Shown piece after piece: positions 1 through 12,517 of a stretch of 64,000 bases of DNA. Position 1 is the stretch's first letter. The number at the start of each line of letters is the position of its first letter. This stretch comes from Piromyces finnis finn (Eukaryota; Fungi; Neocallimastigomycota), in NCBI GenBank assembly GCA_002104945.1, contig MCFH01000019.1, positions 744,001-808,000 of the forward strand. Direction: 5' to 3'. Below the pieces are notes generated by a model. The model did not search any database and had not been told where the DNA came from. It saw only the letters and a list, made by a program, of their open reading frames with translations. Made by a program: the position numbers and the translations under genes.

Positions 1-1371
1 AATACTACTTGTGAATTTCAGGGATTCGGTACATACGAAGGAAAACTAAATAACCATAACATAACATTAAAAAGGGTTTTATACTCCAAGGATATAGCAC
101 AAAATCTAATAAGTGGAATAAAATTAGCACAATCACACATAAATTGTGAAATAATTAATAAAAATTTCAAACCACAGTTAATAATCAAATACAATAATAA
201 AAATATATTTAGAACACATGTCAATAAAAGGAATAATTTCAAAATTAAAACACAAAATAATAATTTCAATGATAAAAAGATATATTGTATCAATGAAAAT
301 TTATCAAATAATATATGGCACAATAGATTAGGACATTACTATAACAAAAATCTAGAAAATTTTTTAAAGTCACACAAAATTGAAAATAATGAATGCCTAC
401 ATTGTAAAATATCAAAATTAAATAGAAAACCACACAATGGAATCCCACCCAAAGCGACTAGAAGAAACGAAGTTATTCATTCCGATGTTATGGGACCTTT
501 ACCACCATCAATAAATCAATATAAATATATTCTAACTTTTATTGACGAAGCTACTAGAAAAGGTTGGGTATTTAATCTAAAAAACAAATCAGATGTTACT
601 AGTACGACTATCAATTTTATTAAATTAATCAACAATAACTACCAAAATGAAAAAATTAAAATCTTTAAGTCTGATAATGGAAAAGAATACAATAATAAAA
701 AATTATTAAATTTTTGTAAACGAAATGGTATTAAGAAAGAATTTTCCCCACCTTACAATCCTCAAAACAATGGGATAGCTGAACGTTTCAACAGAACTAT
801 TACATCGTGCGTTAAAACAATTTTGTTTTGGGCAAAACTTAGTTTAAACTTTTGGGAATATGCAGTAAAACATGCTGTATATATTTATAATATAATACCA
901 CACAGTTGTATTTCCAATAAAATTCCTAATGAAATATACTTCAATAAAAAGATAAATCTAAACTATTTAAAAACTTTTGGTTGCATTGCATACTATAAGA
1001 ATTTCAACCAAAACAAAAGAAAATTTGATATCAACTCCAGAAAAGGAATTTACTTAGGATTTAATAATAATACTCACTGTTTTATAATTATGGATTTCTA
1101 CGATCATAATATACATTTAGTAAGAGAAGCAATTTTCATAGAAGAAAAACCAGGCAATCTCAAAATTGTATCCGGCAACAATCCTGGTTACTCTAATATT
1201 TCAAAAACAAAAATTTCTAATGGTACAATGGTATATAAACATGATCAGGAATCTAACTATGAGGAGATCGATACCAACCACTATCCTACCATAATGAAAA
1301 TAGTGATGATGGTTACACAGAAGAAATTTTTCAAGATGAAAATAATCTTAACAATTATGAAAATGATGTAA
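1..1371 (+). CDS. copia pol, part 1: protease C-terminus, GAG-pre-integrase HHCC zinc finger, rve integrase
   Basis: Frame 1 is open from base 1 (VLYSKDIAQNLISG; WHNRLGH...CLHC; DDE triad IHSDVMGP / FKSDNGKEY / GIAERFNR). The ORF track starts only at the internal Met at 490. Confidence 0.93.
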   Translation, partial: NTTCEFQGFGTYEGKLNNHNITLKRVLYSKDIAQNLISGIKLAQSHINCEIINKNFKPQLIIKYNNKNIFRTHVNKRNNFKIKTQNNNFNDKKIYCINENLSNNIWHNRLGHYYNKNLENFLKSHKIENNECLHCKISKLNRKPHNGIPPKATRRNEVIHSDVMGPLPPSINQYKYILTFIDEATRKGWVFNLKNKSDVTSTTINFIKLINNNYQNEKIKIFKSDNGKEYNNKKLLNFCKRNGIKKEFSPPYNPQNNGIAERFNRTITSCVKTILFWAKLSLNFWEYAVKHAVYIYNIIPHSCISNKIPNEIYFNKKINLNYLKTFGCIAYYKNFNQNKRKFDINSRKGIYLGFNNNTHCFIIMDFYDHNIHLVREAIFIEEKPGNLKIVSGNNPGYSNISKTKISNGTMVYKHDQESNYEEIDTNHYPTIMKIVMMVTQKKFFKMKIILTIMKMM

Positions 1372-3137
1372 TTATTCAAAATAAAAAATTAGTTACCGAG
1401 AATTCCAACAAAGATAATAATGAAAATATCAGCAATAACAATAATAAAAGACCACTTTCACCTACTGAAGATACACATATTAGCAAATATAGAATTACAA
1501 ATACAACTGAAGAAGAAAATATTTCCGAAAATATTGTAAACAACACTATTTATAATATTGACAATAACGATAAAAATTCTGAATGTAACACATTATTTTC
1601 TATTAATACTGAGGTTCCACTTACTTTCAATGATATATTTAAAAGAGAAGATTGGAAAGAATGGAGACGCGCTATTAGAAATGAACTTTTTAATCTATAC
1701 AATAATAAAGTTATGATATTTACCAAAAATATTCCAGAAAATACAAATGTTATCTCTACAAAATGGGTTTTTAACATAAAACGTGATTCGAACAATAAAA
1801 TTTCAACATATAAAGCTAGACTTGTTGCTAGAGGATACAAACAAAAATACGGAATTGATTATGACAATATCTACTCACCTACATTAGACATTGTTTGCAT
1901 TAGACTCATTCTATCTTTAGCTGCAAAATTTAAATGGAACACCTACCAACTAGATATTAAGGCCGCGTATTTAAATGCTCCATTAGACAAAAATGTTTAT
2001 GTTTCTATTCCCCAAGGTGATAAAAACTACAATAAAGGTTTCTGGCTTCTTAAGAAATCGTTATATGGATTAAAACAATCAGGCCGTAATTGGAATATCA
2101 CTATCTCTGAATTTCTCTCAAAAATTGGATTTACTCAATGCAAATCGGAATCTTGTTTATTTTATAAAACTTTTGATAATTCTTTAACTTGTTTAATAGG
2201 TCTATACGTAGATGACATGATTATTTCTGGCACTAATCAGGAACTTATTAGCACTATATTAAAAATTAAAAATAAATTTTCTATTTCAAAATGTGAAACT
2301 ATTAATTTCATTTTAGGCATTCAGGTTGTACAGAAAAACTTCAGTTACACTATTTCCCTAAAATCATATATTGAAAACATTTTATCAAAATATAATTTTA
2401 ACAATATTAAAAAATCTAAAACCCCTTGTACTGGTGTAAATTATGTTTCTAAGAACAATTCTTTATTCGATAAAACTATCTACAAATCGGCTATTGGTTC
2501 TTTAATTCACTTAGCTAAATGCACTCGCCCTGACATTGCTTATGCTGTTAATAATGCCGCCAGTTATTGTGAAAATCCTACTGTTAGTGACTGGCATAAA
2601 ATCATTAATATATTTAAATATCTCAATTTTTCTATGGAATACTCTATCACTTATGATGGATCTGGTGAATTTATTGCTTATTCTGATGCTGATTTTGGGG
2701 GAGACAAAAATGATAGAAAATCTACATCAGGCAATCTAATTTGTATGGGAAATAAACCAATCTTTTGGTCATCAAAGAAACAAAAAGTAGTTGCTCTTTC
2801 AACAGCTGAAGCGGAACTTATAAGTACTTCAGAACTAACAAGAAAAATCTTATGGCTAAGAAACATTTTTAAAGAAATTTTGAACAAAAATATAACAATA
2901 AAAATATATACAGATAATTTATCCAGCAAAAAGACAATTGAAAATGGACAATTCAACAACAATATGAAACACATAGACTTAAGAGAACACTTTATCTTTG
3001 ACGCTTTTAAAAATAATAAAATAATTTTAGAATATATAAAATCTGAAAATATGCTTGCTGATACATTAACCAAAAATACTAATGGGCCAAAAATGACTAA
3101 ATTCACAAACTTAATTTTTAATAAACAAAATAAATAA
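1263..3137 (+). CDS. copia pol, part 2: reverse transcriptase (RVT_2) and RNase H, reached from part 1 by a -1 shift
   Basis: Frame 3 is open from 1263 (TGA at 1260-1262) to 3137. Motifs: KARLVARGYKQ, QLDIKAAYLNA, LYGLKQSGRNW, LYVDD, YSDADFGG, STAEAE, YTDN, LADTLTK. Confidence 0.93.
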   Translation, partial: GDRYQPLSYHNENSDDGYTEEIFQDENNLNNYENDVIIQNKKLVTENSNKDNNENISNNNNKRPLSPTEDTHISKYRITNTTEEENISENIVNNTIYNIDNNDKNSECNTLFSINTEVPLTFNDIFKREDWKEWRRAIRNELFNLYNNKVMIFTKNIPENTNVISTKWVFNIKRDSNNKISTYKARLVARGYKQKYGIDYDNIYSPTLDIVCIRLILSLAAKFKWNTYQLDIKAAYLNAPLDKNVYVSIPQGDKNYNKGFWLLKKSLYGLKQSGRNWNITISEFLSKIGFTQCKSESCLFYKTFDNSLTCLIGLYVDDMIISGTNQELISTILKIKNKFSISKCETINFILGIQVVQKNFSYTISLKSYIENILSKYNFNNIKKSKTPCTGVNYVSKNNSLFDKTIYKSAIGSLIHLAKCTRPDIAYAVNNAASYCENPTVSDWHKIINIFKYLNFSMEYSITYDGSGEFIAYSDADFGGDKNDRKSTSGNLICMGNKPIFWSSKKQKVVALSTAEAELISTSELTRKILWLRNIFKEILNKNITIKIYTDNLSSKKTIENGQFNNNMKHIDLREHFIFDAFKNNKIILEYIKSENMLADTLTKNTNGPKMTKFTNLIFNKQNK

Positions 3138-3145
3138 TTAAGTTT

Positions 3146-3154
3146 GAGGGGAAG
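3146..3154 (+). other. polypurine tract (plus-strand primer) of the copia element
   Basis: GAGGGGAAG just after the pol stop and immediately before the TG that starts the LTR. Confidence 0.85.
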
Positions 3155-3428
3155 TGAAAGAATAGAATTTAGCTAGAACTTAAATTACTAATAAAAATTT
3201 ATATTACTAATATTAAACTTTAATTAATAATAAAATTATAATGTAATTACTAATGTAATGTTTCTTAGAATAATCGTAACATATAGTATTACTAATTTAC
3301 ATTAGCCACATACTTTAGTATAAAAAGGAATTTGTAAATGTATTATTAAAATCTTTGTAATTACCTTTATTAAATTAAATTTAATAAACATAATAAATAA
3401 ACTTTATTAAACCTAAATTTACTTTTCA
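3155..3428 (+). repeat. 3' LTR (~274 bp)
   Basis: Starts TGAAAG after the PPT and ends TTTTCA (TGAAA/TTTCA terminal inverted repeat); internal TATAAAA near 3319 and AATAAA signals. The 5' LTR is outside the window, so the right end is inferred. Confidence 0.7.
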
Positions 3429-6248
3429 TATATAATATATATTTTATTTTAAAAATATTTAATAAAATAAAAATATTTATATATAATTATTTTTAACCTT
3501 TATTAAAATTTTAAAAAAATAATATAAATATTATAAAAAGGATAATAGATATAAATTATATAGGTCAAAAATAGTATTAAATAAAAAATGAAATGAATAT
3601 AAATAATAAACATGAATATATATAATTTCCAACTCTGTTATTATTCATTATATGAAAAGATAATAATAATATTTAGTAAAATCTAGGTAAATAATATGGA
3701 ATTAGTAATTTTTAAAAATATATTAGTACATATAGATTTACATAGTAATTTTATATAATAAAAATTAGAATTAAACGTTTTTTTTTTATAGAGTTTGAAT
3801 TAAGTTTATTCTTAATAAACCCAAGTTTAATTTTAAATTATAACAATAAAACCAATTTTATTTTATTTCATATAAAAGTTAATATTTCCATATTTTTTAT
3901 AAAACAATAAGTATAACTATAAAAAAAATGAAATGTATTAATACAATTATCTCTACAAAATATAAAAACTTTTACATTACTGTTTATTGTAAAGTGTTAA
4001 TATTTAAAAAAAAATACTTTTTCTTTTTTTTTTTTTTACTATTAAACATTTACTAAATATCTTTATAATTTTACTGATTTTTTTTTTGTGCTTTATTTTT
4101 TATAAGAAATTTAATAAAATAAAAAACATCATGTGATTATCACTATACACAACATATATTTATGGTTTGAAATTCACTCTATTGACATATTTATCACATG
4201 TAATAACATTAAAGATTAAGATAAAATCCGGATGAAGTTTTTTTACTTTATCCAATCCAATATATGGACATAATATATTATAGTGTAATTTAATATGAGG
4301 ACTATTCATTAGAAAATTAGTTCAATTAAGATTTAAAAATACATTATATTTTTATTATACTATCATATATATTACAATATAAATAACTATAGAATATTTA
4401 ATTTAGATTTTATAATTAATATTTATTTAATACTATAAATTAATTTATAGTATATATTACAATAAATTTTAATTATATGGAGTGATTAAAATATGAAATA
4501 TCTGCTATTTTCAAAAATACAGAATATAATTCTAATTTAAATATATATAAACTTTATTAAATACAAAAATATATTATAGATATACTTTTGTATACATTTA
4601 ATAAATCTTAATCAATTTATATGTATACATTTACTATCTGTACATTATTGTATTATACTAAATAATATATTTAATATACGTACTACAATATATTACGCTG
4701 TATAAATTTAATATAATAGAAAATTGTTAATACATCAAACATCATCAAAAGTTAAACTTTAAATTTTTTGATTATTGGCATGGATAAATAAAATTGTAAA
4801 GTATATTAGATTATATTCTAATATATAATTGTAATAAATTATAATTTATTTCCATCTTTTTCATGATTCATTTTTTTTTTATATCTACCATAAAAATTTA
4901 ATTAGCATAAAATGAATGTTTAGTAATAAAAGTACCTAAATTATAAGCGTAAAATTGAAATCTATATAGAAAGGTAGATATTATTACTTTAACCTAAATA
5001 AATAGTTAGTCATTTTCTTTATTTGCGTTGATAGGTTCAAGCTAGGCTTATTAACCATAACAATAATAAATGCCAATAAGTTCATTTTATTTAAATCTAA
5101 CCTTTTATTCAAAAATAATTTTATTTTTTAATTTTATATTGAACGAACAAAAAAAAAATCAATTTTTTTATTAATTAAACTTTAAAAAAAAAAAATTAAA
5201 ATAATAATAATTTTTTTTTTTTACTCCACACACTCAACAAAATTTTTTTTTTTAATGCTTCATTGGATTCAATTAGTATTATTTATGTCACTATAAGAAA
5301 GAAACATAAAATTCAGAAGAAAAAACAAAACAAAAGGAAGAGAGATATTTGAAATTAAATAAGCTTTCTTATTTATATTCTAACACTTTTTTTTAAATTT
5401 GATAAAAAGTATAATTACAAGTGTCACTATTTCACCTTTGATAGTTTAAATTAATTATGAATTTATAATAAACTATTAATTATATATATACTTTTTCCAA
5501 TAAAAAGAAAAATTCTAAATATTAAATTAATATCCTTATTAACAAGTTTATTTATTTAATTTAATAAACATAAAATTTATAAATTTTGTTTGTAATTAAT
5601 AAAGAAAAAAAGCATTAAAAAAATTCAATACCAATATATTGTGATTTTAATTCATTGACAATTAAAACAAAAACAAAAACATATATATATATATATATAT
5701 ACTTAAAATCAAACAAGGAAACAATAAAGATTTCAAAGATTTGTATATTAAAAAAAATACAATAGTTGTATATTTACAATTACTCTATAAAAATTAAATA
5801 AAATAAAATTTCCAAATATAAATTATTATTTGAAAATTCTATTTTATACATTTACAATACATTTAAAAAATAGTAAAAAGGTTGGAAAACCGGGTTATAT
5901 ATTGTAGAATTAATTTATTTAACTTATTTATTATATAATAATAATCAATAAAAAAGCAACAAAATTATAAAACTTAATAATGAAATTTATTCAATGAAAA
6001 GATAATATACGTAAAATAAAATAATAAAAAACAAAAATAGTAAAAAGGTTTAATATTTTTCACAAAAAAGTATCATTTTAAATTTAAAAACAATAACCAA
6101 TAAGCATTATTTTTGTACATTAAAAAAATATAATAAAGCAATTACATTGATAAAATATAATTATAAGAAATCCTATTCTACAACAAATTAGATATTAATA
6201 AATAAAAAAAAACCTAAAATTAAAATTTAATAAATTTATATTTTAAAA

Positions 6249-8802
6249 ATGAAGTGCGTAAAAATAAACTATACTGAATCCATTGATAACTTTTTTTTCG
6301 AGGATGATTTTATGTGTGAAGACGATGAAGAAGTTGAATATTATGAGGATATAACTATACCTGATGATACAACCTGGGATGATATGATAGATTCAAAAAT
6401 GGTAATTATAAAGAATTGTAAATAATATTCGAATAAATTGTAATTACTTTTGAATCCAAAAATTCGAAAGTATTGTCAACATTTTTTTTAATAAAAATTT
6501 TATTAAAAAAATTACATCTATTTTTATTTTAGGAAAATGAAGAAAATACTATATGGAATCAAGAAAACATTATAAAATATGATATTCCTTCTCCAGACCC
6601 TGAAGATTTTAGTTTAAATTCATTAAATATGCGTGAAAACTCTGAACAACTTGTAAATAACTTTTTAGATTTGGATAATCCAGTTTTGAGTTCAAAAATG
6701 ATTGAATTGATGAAAATGAATGGTAGTTATTTGTTTAATCCATTATTATAAATATTATAAAATTTTATGAGAGAAATAATAATTTGTGTAAAGAACATCA
6801 ATTTTAATAATTATTAATATATAATAAATATTTTTATTATTTATATATTAAATAAATAGATTTTATGAAATTATTTATTCACAAAATAACTAGAGTACCG
6901 GATGCTGTATTATATAATGAAGAAGAAACCTATCAAGGTTTTTCAATTGATGAGTCAATTTTTAGGAAGAGAGAATGTACGGATGTTGTATTGATGAAAA
7001 GATCATATAATGCTTTTAAAGTATTAACATCATCATCGGTAATTAAAGTGGTTGCTGAAAATGCTAGATTTATTGGTAAAGAACTATTAAAAATATTCCA
7101 CCCAAAATCAGAAGGTAATTTTAATCATTTTAAACCACTCTGGAACCATTTAATTGAGATAACTCATGGTGATATTGCTTTGCTTCTTACCAGTGATGAA
7201 TTTAAAGAACAACCAATTTACCAAATGTTACGCTATATCCATGAACCCGCCATCACTTCAGCACTTATTTCAACAATATTTTTATTTGACGCAAAGCCAG
7301 GTCTTCAAGTTGAACTTTTTACAAGACTTCAGGAGGTTGAATTAATTGAAACTTTATTAGCAATGTTAGACTTGAATGATTTCCCAATAGTAGTAAATGC
7401 TACTTCTGAGTTCTTAATTCAAATGATTGAAGAAGGTTCAAAAACAGAAGATAGTGATATTCTTCTTTCTCCTATCCAATTAAACCCTTCAAGTCTTTCT
7501 GTAATTATCAGTCATATCTCTGCAAATGATAACGAAATTCAACAACATGCCTGTATTGAGTTATTATTAGCATTTTTAGAAAAGTGCATTTACTCATCTG
7601 ATAATGTATCCTTGACAACATCTTCTTTTGCATTTTCAGACAAAATGCCTCTTGAACCTCTAAAAAAATCCGTATTAAATTATTTAAAAAATAACATTGA
7701 TGAACTTTGCCAAGGATTAGGTATAACGGAAACTAGAGAGGATCATATCTATACTGATGATGATGATGATCATTATTCAGTATATTCATCCTTACCTCGT
7801 AAAAGATCAAGATATCGTTTAACATGTAATAAAATTGATTTATTAAGAATTATTATAACAACCGTAAAGCAACTTAAAAAGGATGAATATGAAATGTTGG
7901 AATATATACCATGGAAACTTTTAGTCCAATGGTTTTTCGAAAATAAATCCAATAATATTTATCATCAACTTTTTTTAAAATTTTTTGATTTTGCATTAAA
8001 ATCAAATTATATACCAATATTAAATAGTTTATTTATGGAAACTAATTTAATTAAAAGATTTATAGATAACTTTAACAATACACAGTTTATTGATTGCAAA
8101 GGGTACATAATACTCATGTGTAATCACATAAGATTTACCTATGACAGTAAACCTGACTGTTTCTTAAAATCATTTTTAGAAAATAACGAAGAATGGGAAG
8201 ATTTCCTACCTGAACTTAAAAAAGCCACAAAAAAACAAATTGGTGATAGACCAAAGTTTGAATATATAGGTGGTACAAGACCACTTCCTTACACCCCAAA
8301 ACTTTCAACTCATAAATATTTAGCTAAATTAATTAAAAAAGATAAAGAATTAAAAAATGTAGATGGTGTTGAATTGAATTCATTATGTAAGTCTTTTTTT
8401 TTTTTTTTTTTACCTTACTTCCATGTGAATATATATATATTAATATTTTTTTAAAAAATTATAAAAGAAGAATTATAAATTAATCTTTATTTTATATATT
8501 TATTTTATTATAATTCATTAGATGCTGCACTCCTAGGCTATGGTGTGAATGAACCTAAAAATAAAGCTGGGAAATCAAAACGAGCTTCAGTCATTATAAA
8601 TAATAAAAATGATCATTGTACAATAAAAGCCATCGCTTCAAATACTTTAGATTTAATAAGCGAACCGACACTTTATGATAACTATCAAGATATTCATCCC
8701 AAACCAGCAATACTAACTACAACTAACGGGAACTTTGGTTCAAGTGTTGTAGATCATGAATTTTTATTCAATAAAGATAATTTTATTAGCTATGAAATAT
8801 GA
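6249..8802 (+). CDS. SAPS-like (Sit4-associated / PP6 regulatory subunit-like) helical-repeat protein, 4 exons
   Basis: Exons 6249-6401, 6533-6722, 6860-8386 and 8522-8802 splice in frame via GT-AG. Motifs LVQWFFENKSNNIYHQLF and KGYIILMCNHIR resemble the SAPS FF..WNNFLH and GYMGHL..IAN motifs. The gene is solid; the family call is moderate. Confidence 0.65.
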
Positions 8803-8861
8803 TAATTAAATTATAGCTTAAACCCCACCCTTGAAATCATCCGTAATCCTAATTAAATCAA

Positions 8862-8894
<33 letters not shown>

Positions 8895-9028
8895 AAAAAC
8901 AACTGAAATACTAATCTTGCAACCAATTTTTTGTATTAATTGAATAACAATATATATATATATAATGTTTTTTATTTTATATTTTTATTCATTAATTATA
9001 TCCAAATATATGACGTTTTTAAGTAAAC

Positions 9029-9065
<37 letters not shown>

Positions 9066-9756
9066 TAAATATATGAATTCAGAAAAGGAAAAAAAAAAAA
9101 AAGATAAATATTATTATCATTAATAATTCATATTTTTAAATTGTATTTTTTTTTTTTTTTTTTAATTATATTTCATTTTCTTTTATTGTATTATGCCAAA
9201 TAATCCCTATTCAATTCTTTATAATGCATTTTAAAAATAGATGTCTTTTGTATAAATATTTTTTTTTATTTTTTTATTTTTTTTCAAAAAAAAAAAAAAA
9301 AAAAAGAGTAATTAAGAGTAATATAGTAATATATATACATAAAAAAAAAAAGAAAATTATAATATACATATATAAATTTTATAAAATTCTTTTTAACTAT
9401 TTTTTTATCAAAAAGAAAATAATTTAAAAATTAACAATACTACTAATAATAAAAAAATAAATTACAAAGCAACCAAAAAAAAAACACTAAACCCTATCTA
9501 TATAAAACTTCATTTTAATTTATATACAAATATTAGGAGTTCATATTAATAATAAATAAAAAAAAAAAAGTCTAACAAAATAAATAAATTTAAATATTAC
9601 TTGTTATGTTTTTTTTTTTATGCTTTTAAAATATTTATTTATATATACACAGACAATATTATTATTATTATTATTATTGTTATTTCTTCTTTTAATGATG
9701 CTTTTTTTATAATTATTATTTGATTTTATCTTTTAAAAAAGATTTAAATTTTTTAT

Positions 9757-9788
<32 letters not shown>

Positions 9789-9945
9789 CATTATTAATTT
9801 TTTTTTTTAAAATAAAAAAAAGATAAATAGGATAGGATAATCATCTTAAAGGATAGACTTGATTGTTATTATTAATAATAATAATATTATTATTAATATT
9901 ATAGTTTCTAATTATTTGATAATAAGTGATGATTAAAAATTTCTT

Positions 9946-10022
9946 TTATTTTATTTTTGATTGTTCATTAAAGGCGTAAACGACTTCATTATACTTTGTT
10001 TCTAAAACCTAAATAATAATAA

Positions 10023-10070
<48 letters not shown>

Positions 10071-11266
10071 TTTAAAAATATATATATCATTAAATAAATT
10101 ATAATATTAGTAAAAAGAAAGAAAAAAAAAATATTTGGTTTTTTTTTTAAAGTATACTTTATTAACTCACCATTCCACCACTAATAATTTCATCAAGAAT
10201 ATAATGAACCTGTTATATATATTATTTAAATGTATAAATAGATTATTATTATTATTATTATTATTATTGTTATTATCTTTATTATTCATATATTTTTTTA
10301 GAAAAAAAAAAAAAAAAAAAAGCTATCTAAATAGTATGTATGTAGATATGAGAAATGAAAAATTTACTTGGTCACATTTGAACACAATATCGAGTTCACA
10401 AACATTTTCGAAACATTTATCTAACGATTCAACTAAAACTTGAATTAAATCCAAGATTCCAAGTTCACTTTCAGAACTATCAACTACAAATACAAAGTAT
10501 AAAGTAGCATAATGCTATTATAAAAAGTTAAGATAATATTTAATATTATTAATAGATTAATAAAAAAGAAAAAATTAGAAATTATAATTCAATTTTTTTT
10601 TTTTTTATATTCAATATATATATATAATTAAATATATTTAGCTTTTTAATAAAATAATTTATTTATTTATATAATTGGAAAAATTGAATTTCTTATGAAT
10701 ATTGGAAAAGGATATTAAAGGTTATGAAACTATATTTACTCTATAAATAATTTTAGTGTTGGCACCACCTAAAAGTTTACTTCCTTCTATGAAATTGCAT
10801 TGATTATCCTTACGTATTTTAATAAGATTATAAGTTTCTTTTAAAAATTCCTGTGATTTCTGTACATCCTGATAAATTATGAATGACGAATTCAATTATA
10901 TAGATACAAGAATAAATAACAAAATATTATCATAATTATATTGATTGATGAAACATTTATTTCAATTAAAAAAAAAAACGAGTTATAATTTATGATATAT
11001 AAAAATAATACAGAAAAAAAAAAGTTAGTATTACATAAAAGAATTTTAATTGAATTATAGACAATTTATATATATTATATAGTATTTTATATACTAAAAT
11101 TTTACAACTATATAGTTTCATTTTTTAAAAATTTCATTTAAAAAATGAAATTTCAAAATTAATTTTTTTTTTTTTTAAAAAATATATATATACATACCAA
11201 ATTACGATAATCTGCTATTAATCTTGGCTTTCCTTGGTTATTAAAAATATAAACAGCTTGTATCAT
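9946..11266 (-). CDS. APS3: AP-3 adaptor complex sigma subunit, 5 exons, 148 aa
   Basis: Exons 11266-11198, 10868-10740, 10514-10368, 10209-10171 and 10008-9946 give MIQAVYIFNNQGKPRL...CNFIEG...IIYRHYATLYFVFVVDSSESELGILDLIQVLVESLDKCFENVCELDIVF...VHYILDEIISGGMVLET, the AP3S1/Aps3 signature. Absent from the ORF track. Confidence 0.96.
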
Positions 11267-12517
11267 TGTTTATTATTATGAATATTATGGATATTGAAAA
11301 ATAATAAAAAAAAAAAACTAATTTGAAATTTGAATTTCCAATCCTTTTTATTACAAAATTATGAACTATTTCTAATTGTTTGTAGGTAACAATAATAACA
11401 ACAATTATTTATTAATCTATATCTTTTCTCTCTATATATGTTATTATTGTTATTTTAAATTTTTCTTTTTATGAAAATTAAAATTTCAATAAATATAATG
11501 GTTTTTAAGATAATAATAATTCTTTTAAAGTTTAAAAAAAAAAAAAATTTCTATAAAATTTTTGTTAATATATTTAATGAACAAAACTTTAAATATTTAT
11601 ATTTATATTGGGTTTTTATTTTTTTTATGATAAAACAAAAACTTTTAAAATAAATTTATATATATATATAAATTATTGATAATATCTACTTTTATAACTC
11701 TTTTCATCCTTCACCCTAAATAATAATATAATATAATCATTAATAGCTTTATTTTAACTTTTTATCTATTAGAATTAAGATAAAATTTATAAAGTAAAAA
11801 AAAACATTGATTATAATTTAACTAATAAATAATGATATTTTTACTATTTAAAAAAAAGTAAAAAAAAAAGACTACCCTTTATAAAAGATGACAAAGAAAA
11901 ATATGTTAATCATAATAATAATAAAATATATAATATTAATATTAAATAATGTTAGTTAAAATTGATTTAATATTTATTTTTTAAAATAAAAACTATAGCT
12001 CTTTCAATACTATAAAGATAAAAAAATGAAAATAATTTTATCAAAAAAAAAAAAAAAAAAAATTAATTAAAAAAATTAATTTCATTCATCTTTATAAATA
12101 TTAATAATTAAAGTTTTTGATAATTAATTTCATTTCTAAAATGTATTTTAATTTCTAGGAAAAATGGATTAAACATCTTTATTCATTTTTTCTTTCTTTC
12201 TTTTATTTTTATTTTTTTTTTCTAACACGAAATAAAAAAAAAGAGGTATGTATTTATAAAATAAATAATAAATATATATAATTTAAAATAATTAAGATAA
12301 ACTTTAAACTATATGAAAATAAATGTATTGAAATAAAAAAAAAGAATTATTTGAAAAAAATTAATAATAATACTAGAACAGTTATATTTTTTAACAATTT
12401 CATTACATTTCCTTATATTTTCTTTTTACTAAAAGGCAGATATTTATGTATAGATAAAATTTTTATTATAAAATTTATAAAAAAAAAACAAATATTTAAA
12501 AATAAAAAAAAAAAAAA

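Larger units (their letters stand above)
1..3428 (+). mobile_element. Ty1/copia LTR retrotransposon, 5'-truncated by the window edge
   Basis: Domain order protease C-term, integrase, RT, RNase H is copia-type; followed by a polypurine tract and a TG...CA LTR. Confidence 0.97.

Noticed and set aside
1263-1371. Programmed -1 ribosomal frameshift in copia pol
   Set aside because: Copia elements do not normally shift between integrase and RT, and I saw no convincing slippery heptamer plus structure; mutation or consensus error is simpler.
18-3106. Minus-strand and alternative-frame ORFs over the copia element (18-323, 1550-1840, 2536-2739, 2678-3106)
   Set aside because: Shadow ORFs of pol with no independent motifs.
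9224-10443. ORFs 9224-9427 and 10135-10443 (+)
   Set aside because: Poly-A/T and microsatellite translations; the second is antisense to AP-3 sigma exons.
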